Below are positions 54,267 through 63,023 of a stretch of DNA of 64,000 nt, piece after piece; positions within the stretch are counted from its first letter, which is position 1; every line of letters starts with the position of its first letter. Below the pieces are notes generated by a model. The model was not told where the DNA came from, did no database searches, and saw nothing but the letters and a program-made list of their open reading frames with translations. Position numbers and translations under genes: made by a program. The DNA is taken from positions 124,001 through 188,000 of IMG/VR virus record IMGVR_UViG_3300007352_000001, one strand, 5' to 3'.

Positions 54267-54547
54267 GTGCGCAGCTTGCTGAACGGCAACGGCCCGTCGC
54301 TCTCGCCGAGAATCGCGTTCAAGGCGTAGATCACGTACTCCTCGGCCTCGCGGACCGTCGCGTGCGCGTCGTACCGCGCGCGGTTCCAGAAGGTCTCGCG
54401 GACGTCATGCGGCACTGCGGCTTGCCAGAAGGTCGCCCAAGTGTCGAGCTGTTCGCAGTAGAGGCGCCACACGAGCGCGAACTCGCCGCGCGGAAGCTCG
54501 TGCAACGGTCGTGGTGGTGTACCACCGGTCCAGGCGATCGTGTTCAT
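54263..54547 (-). CDS. hypothetical protein
   Basis: Overlapping start/stop coupling on both sides. Confidence 0.55.
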   Translation of the reverse strand: MNTIAWTGGTPPRPLHELPRGEFALVWRLYCEQLDTWATFWQAAVPHDVRETFWNRARYDAHATVREAEEYVIYALNAILGESDGPLPFSKLRT

Positions 54548-54981
54548 ACGGTCCACGTTTCCAGCGGCGTGACGGCGCCGGGCTTGAAGATCAGCGCGTC
54601 CTGTTGCTCGTAGTCGAACTCGTACCAGGCGTCGTCGCCGGCCTTGGCGACCTCGGCTTTGATCCGCCGGCTGCCGCCATCGCTGACTTTGAGAGACAGT
54701 CCCTGACCGCCGACCCGCACGGCGACGTGGAACCGCTTCACCAACTTGGGCGTGGCGACCTCGATCTCGTCGACGCGGGTGAGGATGCGTGTTGGCTCCG
54801 GTGGGCAACTCCAGTGCGGCCGGGCGACACGCGCCCCGTCGGCATCGTTGAGCGGCGTGAGTCGTTCGGTGGACGGGTCGGATAGGTTCAGCGAGCCCCA
54901 GACCTGCACCCCGCCACGCTTCTCGATCCACTGGCGGATCAGTTCCGCGTTCGAGGCCTTGATGCGGTATCGTTCGCTCAT
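54544..54981 (-). CDS. hypothetical protein
   Basis: SD GGAGG; coupled. Confidence 0.7.
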   Translation of the reverse strand: MSERYRIKASNAELIRQWIEKRGGVQVWGSLNLSDPSTERLTPLNDADGARVARPHWSCPPEPTRILTRVDEIEVATPKLVKRFHVAVRVGGQGLSLKVSDGGSRRIKAEVAKAGDDAWYEFDYEQQDALIFKPGAVTPLETWTV

Positions 54982-55391
54982 GTTGGGGTGCCTCCTCCAA
55001 GCTGCGGACGCAGCTCGTGGCGAATGACGTTGTACACGCTGAGCAACTCAGAACGGCGCGGCTTGCCGGTGCGATAGCGTTCCAGCTCGTCGAAGAGTCG
55101 CAGGAGCAGGACACGCTGGCGATTGGTGATCACGGTTCGCTGCCGTCGGTGTCGGCGTTGCCTGAGTGCTGTGCTCGCGACTTTGGCGATCTCCGTAACG
55201 CCTGCGTCGAAGACCTCGAACTCGCGCGCCATGTCATCGAGCACGGTCCGCGCGATGCGTTGCGGCGACGTGTGGCCACCTTCCCAGCGGTTCACCGTCG
55301 CGAACGAGACGCCGACTCGCGCTGCGAACTCTTCCTGGGTCAGGTCGAGGCGAGCCCGGAGTCTGAGCACCAGCGTTTTGTAGTCGGGCAT
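54978..55391 (-). CDS. XRE-family HTH transcriptional regulator
   Basis: LR.RL.LTQEEFA.RVGVSF.TVNRWE.G...P. Confidence 0.85.
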   Translation of the reverse strand: MPDYKTLVLRLRARLDLTQEEFAARVGVSFATVNRWEGGHTSPQRIARTVLDDMAREFEVFDAGVTEIAKVASTALRQRRHRRQRTVITNRQRVLLLRLFDELERYRTGKPRRSELLSVYNVIRHELRPQLGGGTPT

Positions 55392-56191
55392 CACGCTGCC
55401 AGGCGGTCGATCTTCGGGTAGGGCAAGCTCGTCGGCAGGCGCTTGCGATCGGCCTTCTGGAAGGCCCAGGCGTACTTGTGGTTGCCGACATGGCGCAACG
55501 GGCGGGTGAGCAGCGCCAGGTGCGTCTGGAGCCACGCGAGACGCTCCTGCGCATCCTCCGGGGCCTTCGGCGCGCCGAACGCTTCCAGGATCTCGGCCGA
55601 GTAAACCCAGCCCTGCTCGCCCGCGCGGATCTTCTGGATCGCGCGATCGCTGAACACGGTGCCGTTCGGCAGGATGCGCAGCGTGCGCGCCGTGCCGCGA
55701 CCGAGGTAGACGCCATTGGACGCCTGGTAGATCGTACCGACGTGGCCGGGAAAGATGGTCTGCCCTTCGTCGTCGGTGCGGGCGATCGGGTCGGAGAACG
55801 ACACGACGCCGCGCAGGCCTTCACCACGCAGCTGCTCGAAGCAGCGCGCCAGGAACCAGGTCTCGCCGTTGCCGGCGACGTTGTCGAGGAGCACGAAACG
55901 GCCCAGCTCGACCGATTCCTTGGCCTCGCCGGGGAACACCGAGGTCAGCACCTTGTTCGAGCACGGGTGGCTGAACACTGCCACGCCGGCCAGGTCGCCA
56001 CCGCGGTAGAGCCCGAAGCGGAAGCGGGCCGCGGGGTAGGTCGCCGAGTAGTGGTGTTGGACGACGAAGGCCTTGGCGACGCGGTCGGTGTCGATTGCGG
56101 CGACCTCGAACTCGGCCGTGTTGATGGTCTCACCAGCCGGGCGGTAGGTGTCCCGGCGGTCACGCCAGCGCTGGTTCACGGTGGTCAGCAC
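55391..56191 (-). CDS. Mom-like GNAT-fold DNA (adenine) modification protein
   Basis: FVVQHHYS, FGLY..G.L.GVA.F, EL.RFVLL, ETWFLAR, SFSDP, H.GTIYQASN..Y.G. Confidence 0.8.
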   Translation of the reverse strand: MLTTVNQRWRDRRDTYRPAGETINTAEFEVAAIDTDRVAKAFVVQHHYSATYPAARFRFGLYRGGDLAGVAVFSHPCSNKVLTSVFPGEAKESVELGRFVLLDNVAGNGETWFLARCFEQLRGEGLRGVVSFSDPIARTDDEGQTIFPGHVGTIYQASNGVYLGRGTARTLRILPNGTVFSDRAIQKIRAGEQGWVYSAEILEAFGAPKAPEDAQERLAWLQTHLALLTRPLRHVGNHKYAWAFQKADRKRLPTSLPYPKIDRLAA

Positions 56192-56385
56192 GGGCGGAAG
56201 TCCTCCAGCCACGAGGGGCCGAAGTTGTTGCGGACACGCTGCAGGCTCGCCGCCAGGTCGCCGACGTCGAGCCCTTCGCGGCGGTAGTTGCCGCTGAGCC
56301 AGGCGTTGCGGATGGCTGCCTTGTACTCTCTGCCGAGAAGGTTGCGCGCCCGCTCGACGGCCGCTCGTGCTTCCTGTTCAGTCAT
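56185..56385 (-). CDS. hypothetical protein
   Basis: ATG directly follows the repeated motif. Confidence 0.7.
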   Translation of the reverse strand: MTEQEARAAVERARNLLGREYKAAIRNAWLSGNYRREGLDVGDLAASLQRVRNNFGPSWLEDFRPC

Positions 56386-56414
56386 ACCGGTACAAAGGTG
56401 CGAGAACTATGCCA
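56385..56414 (-). promoter_or_regulatory. sigma54-like repeated promoter motif, copy 3
   Basis: TGGCATAGTTCTCGCACCTTTGTACCGGT-ATG. Confidence 0.75.
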
Positions 56415-56580
56415 ACGTGTACGTGTGGCCTTTGGTGGCGCTCACGTACTTGTCGGCGCCGTACCATTTGACATGGTCGATCTCACCGTCGTCCGAGACG
56501 ATGGTGGACCAGTGGGCCACCGTGTCGACCTTGAAGCGTTTCCTGTCCCCGTCACGGACTAGGGTGTCACCGGGTCGCAC
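56407..56580 (-). CDS. small hypothetical protein (57 aa)
   Basis: GTG start overlapping the upstream stop; MRPGDTLVRDGDRKRFKV... Confidence 0.45.
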   Translation of the reverse strand: MRPGDTLVRDGDRKRFKVDTVAHWSTIVSDDGEIDHVKWYGADKYVSATKGHTYTLA

Positions 56581-56991
56581 GGCGCCCCTCAAACCACCGT
56601 GCCCACCTCGGTAGCTTGGCCTTGATCCCGTCCAGCTGCTCATGGATTCGCGTCTCGTCACCGCGTCCGTGGTCGGCCGCGTCGTAGCAGAGCAAGCAGT
56701 AGAGCCCGAGCTGCCGCAGGACGGTGATCTTCCGTTCCTCCCCGGCGGTGACGTCAGGCCAGAGTCGGGTGACTGCCAGACGGAGGGCGGACTTGCGGTG
56801 GTACTTGGCGAAGTTTCCTGCCGTGCCACAATGCTCGACCGCTGCCGCGTCCGGGTTGCGGAGGGTGTGTACGTGGCGCTCGAACTCCGGCCGGCACGTG
56901 GCGCACAGCAAGTCGGCTTCAGCGGCGCGCTCGCGGCAGTGATGACAGCGTTGGGCGTACGGGATCGGGTTCGGTTCGGTTCGTAGGGCAT
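56567..56991 (-). pseudogene. Zn-finger gene frameshifted by a (GAACC)3 repeat
   Basis: ATG at 56991 joins the CHHC/CATC/CLLC frame only if one GAACC unit is removed. Confidence 0.55.
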
Positions 56992-56996
56992 CACGA

Positions 56997-57431
56997 TCAC
57001 CGGCGAGCGCAGGACGGCGCAGCGGCCTTGAGGCCGGCGCGATCGAGCGCCTCGTCCACTGCTTCCTTGCGACTGCGGCAGAAGGTTGAGGACATCTTGT
57101 CGCCGATGGTGGCGGTCCAGTACCCGCCCCGTCGGCGCCAGACTGCGCCGACGTCCCCACCGTCCGAGAGGATCCGATAGCTGCTCGGGCCGTCGTACTT
57201 GAACGTGATCATCGTCACCTTGCCGAGGGTCAGCACCACGCGATCGCCCGGCTTCGACAGCCGCAGCGCGCGGCGCATCATCGCCAACGCACTCTTCGCC
57301 GCCGGGGCCATGCTCAGGTGAGTCTCTTCGAGCGTGAGCGGGTTGCGTAGGAAGTAGTGCCCGTTCTCGTGCCGGCCCAGCGTCAGGCCGTGCGAGAGTG
57401 CGAAGGCGACCGCGGTCTTGTGCATCTGCAT
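56997..57431 (-). CDS. hypothetical protein
   Basis: ORF in the early-type block. Confidence 0.6.
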   Translation of the reverse strand: MQMHKTAVAFALSHGLTLGRHENGHYFLRNPLTLEETHLSMAPAAKSALAMMRRALRLSKPGDRVVLTLGKVTMITFKYDGPSSYRILSDGGDVGAVWRRRGGYWTATIGDKMSSTFCRSRKEAVDEALDRAGLKAAAPSCARR

Positions 57432-57443
57432 GGTGAGTGCCCT

Positions 57444-58286
57444 TCACTTCGCCTTGCGCTGGATCTTCGGCCAGCGGGTCTTGTCGCGCGCGATCGCCTT
57501 CTCGTCGTCGACGTTGGACGCATGCTTGGTAGCCAAGGCGAGGGCGACCAGGTCGGCGCGATCGGCGTGGCTAGAGCGTATGCGCGGCGCGTCCTCACGA
57601 TCGGTCTGCTCGTTCCAGTAGTCGACGTCGCGCAGCTCGCGGGCCAGATCCTCGTACGCGGACCGCTCGGTGTTGTAGAGCACCCAGCCCTTGACGGGGT
57701 GAAGGACGGCCTTCGCCAGCTTCTCGGCGCGCTTGGTATCGCGCTCAGCCTTGCGGGCTTCCTTCGCTTCACGCGCCTCGCGGCCGACGCGCCCCTCGCC
57801 CCAGAACTTCGAGGCCGGCGCCGACGGGAAGCAGACGGTGCACATCGTCTCGCCGTATTCCTTGACCGCTTCCTCTTCGGTCGCGCCGGAGAGGGTGAAC
57901 ACCCATGAATACTGCGTGGTCGGGAAGCAGGTCGAGCAGCCGCGCGTGCTGTGGACGTGGCCGTTGCCGTTGGTGACCAGGTAGAAGCGTGACCAGGGGC
58001 GCCGCGCGTATTCCTCGTGCAGCGGCGCCGCCGCGGCGCGGGCGGCATCGCGCTTGCGCGTGTACGCGGCGACCTCGGCTTCCGCCTCATCGAGTCCATG
58101 GAACCGGAAGTCCGGGCCGTACCTGTCGGGATGCCGCTCGTGCAGTAGCTTCGAGTCCTCCAGCAGGCGCTCGACACGGTTGGTCAGGTAGGACAGCCGG
58201 AAGATCGCGTCGTACTCGATCCCCACCAGGCGGGCCAACTCGGTGTCGATCTCGACCGGCGTCTGCGTGCTGAGTGGCTTCGACAT
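57444..58286 (-). CDS. hypothetical protein
   Basis: ATG directly after the motif; H.H....CSTC, CTVCFP motifs. Confidence 0.75.
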   Translation of the reverse strand: MSKPLSTQTPVEIDTELARLVGIEYDAIFRLSYLTNRVERLLEDSKLLHERHPDRYGPDFRFHGLDEAEAEVAAYTRKRDAARAAAAPLHEEYARRPWSRFYLVTNGNGHVHSTRGCSTCFPTTQYSWVFTLSGATEEEAVKEYGETMCTVCFPSAPASKFWGEGRVGREAREAKEARKAERDTKRAEKLAKAVLHPVKGWVLYNTERSAYEDLARELRDVDYWNEQTDREDAPRIRSSHADRADLVALALATKHASNVDDEKAIARDKTRWPKIQRKAK

Positions 58287-58316
58287 ACCGGTACAAAGGT
58301 GCGAAGAGCGTGCCAA
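58286..58316 (-). promoter_or_regulatory. sigma54-like repeated promoter motif, copy 4
   Basis: TTGGCACGCTCTTCGCACCTTTGTACCGGT-ATG. Confidence 0.75.
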
Positions 58317-58946
58317 TCAGTCCCCCAGGAACCTGTTGCGATTGTCCATGGGGATGAGGGCGCCGTGCCCAGCGTCGACGATTGCTTGGTAGAGTCGCCT
58401 AGCACCTGCTTTGAGGTGTGCGACTTGTACCGGGTCGATGTGGGCGAGCCAGTGAACCTGGTCGACGGTGTAGCTGGCTGGATGACTCGCCGGCAGCTGC
58501 AGGACGTCGTTCAGTACCTTGCGTAGATCGTGCGCGACCTTCAGCGGCTTCCTTGGGTCGTCAGGCTTCGCCACTGGCGGCTTGAGCCCTTGGCGGAAGA
58601 GTGCCTGGCGAAGTGCGTTGCCGCCGAAGTCGTAGTGATCCGACCGGCCGACGTAGATGTACGGCGCCGCACTCTCGAACACCCAGCGTGTCGGGTCATA
58701 GACGCGACCGTCTGGAAGGTCGATCCAGCCGTGGTTCGAGAACGGCCGGCCCGTGAAGATGTTCCCTTCGGCGATCGGGCCGTGCCAGATGCCGTACGAG
58801 AGCTGTGAACGTGCCGGCAGAAGCTCAGAACGAAAGACCTGTGACGCAACCTGGTAGCAGTGACCAGGCCATCCTTCGACCGGCCAGTTGATCAGGGCGG
58901 CAACGGTCCGCACGTCGAGTGCGCGTTTGCTGAGACGAGTCGGCAT
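58317..58946 (-). CDS. hypothetical protein
   Basis: G.CY..A, HGW...DG...DPT motif; follows the motif. Confidence 0.7.
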   Translation of the reverse strand: MPTRLSKRALDVRTVAALINWPVEGWPGHCYQVASQVFRSELLPARSQLSYGIWHGPIAEGNIFTGRPFSNHGWIDLPDGRVYDPTRWVFESAAPYIYVGRSDHYDFGGNALRQALFRQGLKPPVAKPDDPRKPLKVAHDLRKVLNDVLQLPASHPASYTVDQVHWLAHIDPVQVAHLKAGARRLYQAIVDAGHGALIPMDNRNRFLGD

Positions 58947-58977
58947 CTATCGGGACAAAGGTGCGAGAGGTATGCCA
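58946..58977 (-). promoter_or_regulatory. sigma54-like repeated promoter motif, copy 5
   Basis: TGGCATACCTCTCGCACCTTTGTCCCGATAG-ATG. Confidence 0.7.
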
Positions 58978-59003
58978 CCGATCGCGTCGATCTGCTAGAG
59001 GAG

Positions 59004-59034
59004 TTGGCACAATCCCTGCACTTTTGTCCCGGTA
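59004..59034 (+). promoter_or_regulatory. sigma54-like repeated promoter motif, copy 6 (divergent from copy 5)
   Basis: TTGGCACAATCCCTGCACTTTTGTCCCGGT-ATG. Confidence 0.7.
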
Positions 59035-59201
59035 TGGATGCATTGACCGCTGAGTTGTTGGAGGCCGCAAAGCAGGTGTTCGAGTCGACCACTGAGTGCC
59101 GGCACGGCCACTGGTTGGTGCCGAATGCAGCGGTGCGTCGCCTGGTCGTCGCGACTGAGGCCCTCGATCCAACCTGGCGCCCGGCCTCGGAGGAAGCGTG
59201 A
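59034..59201 (+). CDS. small hypothetical protein
   Basis: ATG directly after the motif; stop coupled to the next gene. Confidence 0.6.
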   Translation: MDALTAELLEAAKQVFESTTECRHGHWLVPNAAVRRLVVATEALDPTWRPASEEA

Positions 59202-59419
59202 GCAACGTCCCCATCAAACCGTTCAACGATCGCCAGGCGATCGCGTACGCCGACCGCATCGAGAGCGGTGGAGTCGTCGTCATCATCTGCAACCGGTGCC
59301 GCGGCGAGGTGAAGCGGCACAAGGTGAAGCCGACACTGGCGAAGCTCGTGCTGTCGCAGTGGAACCTCGACAACGGCGGTTTCCCACTCGCCGCGTGCCA
59401 GCGGTGCAAGGAGCGTTGA
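59198..59419 (+). CDS. small zinc-finger protein
   Basis: CNRC and CQRC. Confidence 0.6.
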   Translation: MSNVPIKPFNDRQAIAYADRIESGGVVVIICNRCRGEVKRHKVKPTLAKLVLSQWNLDNGGFPLAACQRCKER

Positions 59420-60045
59420 TGCCCAAGGTCAGAGAGACGGACATTCTGCACGAAGCCGGCGACTACTGGGTGAAGCGAGTGGCCAGAGGATTCGAGGTGT
59501 ACCGAAACGGCCTGACCCACGCCGTGCGTGTCGCGAGCGTCGGCGACGGCCCCGGCCCGCGCCTTGGCATTGAGCGAGCGAAGGCCGAGGCTGATCGTCT
59601 CTATGCGACAGACTTCGTCGCCACTGCGCAGCGCATCGCCACCGAGGCCCACGCCGGCCAGACCAGAGCGTTCGGCCCCCAGGCCGGGCAGCCGTACATC
59701 ATCCACCCCACCGCGGTCGCCGGCCGCTTCCAGGATGATCCTGTCAAGCAAGCGATCGGTTGGCTGCACGACACCGTCGAGGACACGGCCAAGACCGATC
59801 ATCCGGTAACCTTCGACGACCTCCGTGCCGCCGGTTTGCCCGAAGAGGTCGTCACTGGCGTAGACGCAATGACGCGCCGTCAGGGCGAGGCGTACCACGA
59901 CTTCGTCGTGCGCTGCTCGCGACATCCGCACGCGCGGCACGTGAAGCTCGCCGACCTCGGCGACAACATGGCCACGTTGCCCGAGGGGCACGGGCTCAGG
60001 AAGCGGTACGTCAAGGCGCTCGTGCTGCTCGCGGAGGCCGAATGA
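59419..60045 (+). CDS. HD-domain protein, small alarmone hydrolase ((p)ppGpp hydrolase/Mesh1)-like
   Basis: AHAGQ.R....PYI.HP..VA, WLHDTVEDT, VKLAD..DN. Confidence 0.85.
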   Translation: MPKVRETDILHEAGDYWVKRVARGFEVYRNGLTHAVRVASVGDGPGPRLGIERAKAEADRLYATDFVATAQRIATEAHAGQTRAFGPQAGQPYIIHPTAVAGRFQDDPVKQAIGWLHDTVEDTAKTDHPVTFDDLRAAGLPEEVVTGVDAMTRRQGEAYHDFVVRCSRHPHARHVKLADLGDNMATLPEGHGLRKRYVKALVLLAEAE

Positions 60046-60191
60046 GACCGCGCAAGTGTCCACGATGCAACGGTCGACTGGCTCTGCTTGGGGCGACGGC
60101 TGGATCGCAGAAGCGTTGGTACTGCACCACGCGCGGCGGCTGCGGCCACGTGTGGAGTCGTGTCGACGGCAAGTGGGTCGCGTTGTCATGA
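60042..60191 (+). CDS. small zinc-ribbon protein
   Basis: CPRC...C....CGH; ATGA overlap. Confidence 0.5.
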   Translation: MRPRKCPRCNGRLALLGATAGSQKRWYCTTRGGCGHVWSRVDGKWVALS

Positions 60192-60424
60192 CCGAGCTGC
60201 AGCGCCGTGCGCTGGCTCGCGCGATCAAGGCGTATCCCGAGTCGATCATCGCGACCGGCTCTGGTGACCGAGTGACGCTGGCGTCACTCCACACCAGAGG
60301 GTTGCTGACGCGCACTGTGCGACGCGAGGCGCGCCAGGAAGCGGACCGGGCGTACGCGTACAAGGCATCCGACCTCGTCATGGAAGAGTGGCGCGCGATC
60401 TGCGCAAGAAAGGCGGCACCGTGA
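60188..60424 (+). CDS. hypothetical protein
   Basis: Coupled ORF. Confidence 0.5.
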   Translation: MTELQRRALARAIKAYPESIIATGSGDRVTLASLHTRGLLTRTVRREARQEADRAYAYKASDLVMEEWRAICARKAAP

Positions 60425-60996
60425 AGATCACCAACACTTCACTGTATCTCACCAGGAACCTGCGACGGATCGTCGCCCGCGTCGCGGCCGAGGAGCTGAC
60501 GTCCGAGCAGCGTGCCGGCATCATCTCGGTGCGCTTCGAGACGCGGAGAGGGTCACGGAAGGGGCCGTGCACGAGCGTCGCAGTCGGTCGCACCGACAAC
60601 AAGACCGCGCGCTGTGCGGTCAGCCTGCCAGAGCAGAGCACGGAGCCGGAGTACGTCGCCGTCGCCCTCGCCCGCGCCTTCGCCGAAGCGAAGGGAGTGA
60701 GCCAGCGGCAGATGCAGGAAGTGAAGCGCTACGGCTTCAAGACCGGCTGGCACACCTTCTACTCGTCAGTGGTCGACATCCCGATCACGAAGCGAGCGCC
60801 GCGTATCAAGGCGCGGCCGACGTCGTTCGCCAAGCTCGTGCACGGGAAGCAGAACGCCGAGGCACGCGTGCGCGAGTGGGAGCGCAAGCAGAAGCTCGCT
60901 ACGACCAAGTTGAAGGTCTGGCGCGCGAAGGTGCGTTACTACGATCGGAAACTGGAGAAGCGCAGGCCGAAAGAGGAGGCCGGTGCCACGGCCTGA
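60421..60996 (+). CDS. basic hypothetical protein
   Basis: C-terminal K.K.A.TKLK.WR.KV.YY motif. Confidence 0.65.
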   Translation: MKITNTSLYLTRNLRRIVARVAAEELTSEQRAGIISVRFETRRGSRKGPCTSVAVGRTDNKTARCAVSLPEQSTEPEYVAVALARAFAEAKGVSQRQMQEVKRYGFKTGWHTFYSSVVDIPITKRAPRIKARPTSFAKLVHGKQNAEARVREWERKQKLATTKLKVWRAKVRYYDRKLEKRRPKEEAGATA

Positions 60997-61342
60997 CCCA
61001 CCTGCCGCCAGAGGTTAAAACAACACCGCGCTTTTGTAACAGCACCGGGCCGGAGGCTGGCGCTGAGCATGCCGACGCGATATAGGACCGGGGGCTGATA
61101 GGCCCCGTGCCGGTCACCTGCCCGGTGACCTTAACCGCCCCGCACGTCCTGCCCGGACGCCGGGGCGGTTCACGTTTGACAACGCGACAAGATCTGGGGT
61201 ATGCGACGCATCACCTTCTAGTGGGAGACGTCTCACGACCGATGCCTTCTAGCGGGGACCGGTGGGGTGGCGCTGGGCGCTGGCCAGTAATCCTGGACGT
61301 TGACCGGCGCCGCTCCTCGGTGATGCGGTTGGATGTGGTGGG

Positions 61343-62695
61343 GTGATGACGGAGCAACGACTCTCGGCGGACCAGCAGCTAGCCGCTGATACGGTGATGA
61401 CGCGACCGGGTCCGTTCTTCCTGACGGGCGCCGCAGGCACCGGCAAGAGCTATGTCATCAACCACTTGCGTCGCACCGTGCGCGGCGTCGCGGTCTGCGC
61501 GATGACTGGCATGGCCGCGCAACTGATCCGCGGCCGGACGCTGCACTCGTACGCCTCGATCCATCCGCGTCATGGCGTCGTGCCATCGCACAAGGCCGTC
61601 GAGCGCGTGCAGGCGACGAACCTGCTCATCATCGACGAGATCTCGATGGCGGACGTGAACCTGTTCATGCAGTTGCACTCGCGCTTCGATGCCTGCGAGT
61701 GGGTGCCGAAGGTGCTGATGGTCGGTGACTTGATGCAGCTGCCGCCAGTCGAGGGCGATCAGCTGATCAACTCGCCCTGGTGGCCGGAGGTCACGACGCT
61801 CGTGCTCACCGAGCCGCACCGCCAACACGAGCAGCACTTCATCGACGTGCTGAACGAGATCCGCGTCGGGCACGTGACCTCGAACGTGTTGAGCTTCCTC
61901 GCCGAGCGTTACGTCGACCGGCTCCCGGAAGATTGCACGCAGCTCTACGCGCACCGGCGCTCGGTCGACGACGAGAACACCCGCCGTCTGGATGCCTTGC
62001 CGGGGCAACCAACGCGCTTCGACTGGCAGGTGTACGGCGCGGGGCACTCGCGTTTCCGCACGCGGCAGGAAGAGAAAGACTTCCTCGCGCGCTTCGTGCA
62101 GCCTGATCGCGTCCGCTTCCCGGTCGAGCTGTTCGTGAAGGAACATGCGCGCGTCGTGCTGCTCACCAACGCCGACGAGTGGCGCAACGGTTCAACTGGT
62201 GTCGTGACGCAGATCGGTGAGGACTTCCTGCGTGTGCGACTTGACTGGAATGGTCGAGAGGTATCGGTTGGCCGCACCAATGAGGAAGTGTATCACGACG
62301 ACGACAAGCCCGTGGCGTACGTCCGACAGTTGCCAGTGCGGCTTGGGTGGGCGCTCACGGTGCACAAGGCACAGGGGATGACGATCGACCGCCTGGGCGT
62401 CGATTTGAATGGTCACTTCGCGCCTGGCCAGACGTACGTGGCGCTCAGTCGCGCGGCGACGTCGAGCGGGCTCTTCGTGACGGGGAAGTTGCAACGCTTG
62501 CAGGTGAACCAGTTCGCGCGAGCGATCGAGGAGATGTCGCGTCGCTTGCATGATGAGCGGATGGCTGCCGGCGTGGCCGGGGTTGTGGTTGATGAGGAGG
62601 ATGAGGATGTCGGCTTCTTTGGAGGAAGCACGCCAGTTTCGCGCATCAGTTTCCGCTGCCGCGGTCCTCGCGTGCGACTCGACTGCGTCACCTGA
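61343..62695 (+). CDS. Pif1/RecD-like SF1B helicase
   Basis: TGAAGTGKS, IDEISM, GDLMQLPPV, QLP..L.WA.T.HKAQGMT, GQ.YVALSR. Confidence 0.92.
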   Translation: MMTEQRLSADQQLAADTVMTRPGPFFLTGAAGTGKSYVINHLRRTVRGVAVCAMTGMAAQLIRGRTLHSYASIHPRHGVVPSHKAVERVQATNLLIIDEISMADVNLFMQLHSRFDACEWVPKVLMVGDLMQLPPVEGDQLINSPWWPEVTTLVLTEPHRQHEQHFIDVLNEIRVGHVTSNVLSFLAERYVDRLPEDCTQLYAHRRSVDDENTRRLDALPGQPTRFDWQVYGAGHSRFRTRQEEKDFLARFVQPDRVRFPVELFVKEHARVVLLTNADEWRNGSTGVVTQIGEDFLRVRLDWNGREVSVGRTNEEVYHDDDKPVAYVRQLPVRLGWALTVHKAQGMTIDRLGVDLNGHFAPGQTYVALSRAATSSGLFVTGKLQRLQVNQFARAIEEMSRRLHDERMAAGVAGVVVDEEDEDVGFFGGSTPVSRISFRCRGPRVRLDCVT

Positions 62696-63023
62696 CGCGC
62701 AGATCGCCCAGGTTCTCGCCGCCGTGCTCGCGGCGGTGCCCAACGAGGTGAAGCCGCTCGGCGGCGACGTCGCCGACCACGATCTGCATCCGTTGATCGT
62801 CGCGGCCGTGAACGACTTTGCCGGGTACTTGAGCACTCAACCGGACTTCCACGTTGGGGAGACTCGTCACCCTGAACCGCTCATCTTGCGCATGAAAGAG
62901 TGGATGGAGAAGCGCGAGCTGCGCGACACTGCGTGGTCCGGCGATTGGTTCTCGGTGCTGCCGAAGCGCACGATTGAGCTGTACCTGCTCGTCGCGATGC
63001 TCCAGGCCCGCAAGCTCGCATGA
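62607..63023 (+). CDS. hypothetical protein
   Basis: SD GAGGAGG; overlaps the helicase 3' end. Confidence 0.5.
   Translation: MSASLEEARQFRASVSAAAVLACDSTASPDAQIAQVLAAVLAAVPNEVKPLGGDVADHDLHPLIVAAVNDFAGYLSTQPDFHVGETRHPEPLILRMKEWMEKRELRDTAWSGDWFSVLPKRTIELYLLVAMLQARKLA

Noticed and set aside
58825-60381. 518-aa minus-strand ORF
   Set aside because: Spans divergent promoters and several coupled plus-strand genes
61176-61205. sigma70 promoter at TTGACA
   Set aside because: No acceptable -10 hexamer at 16-18 nt spacing
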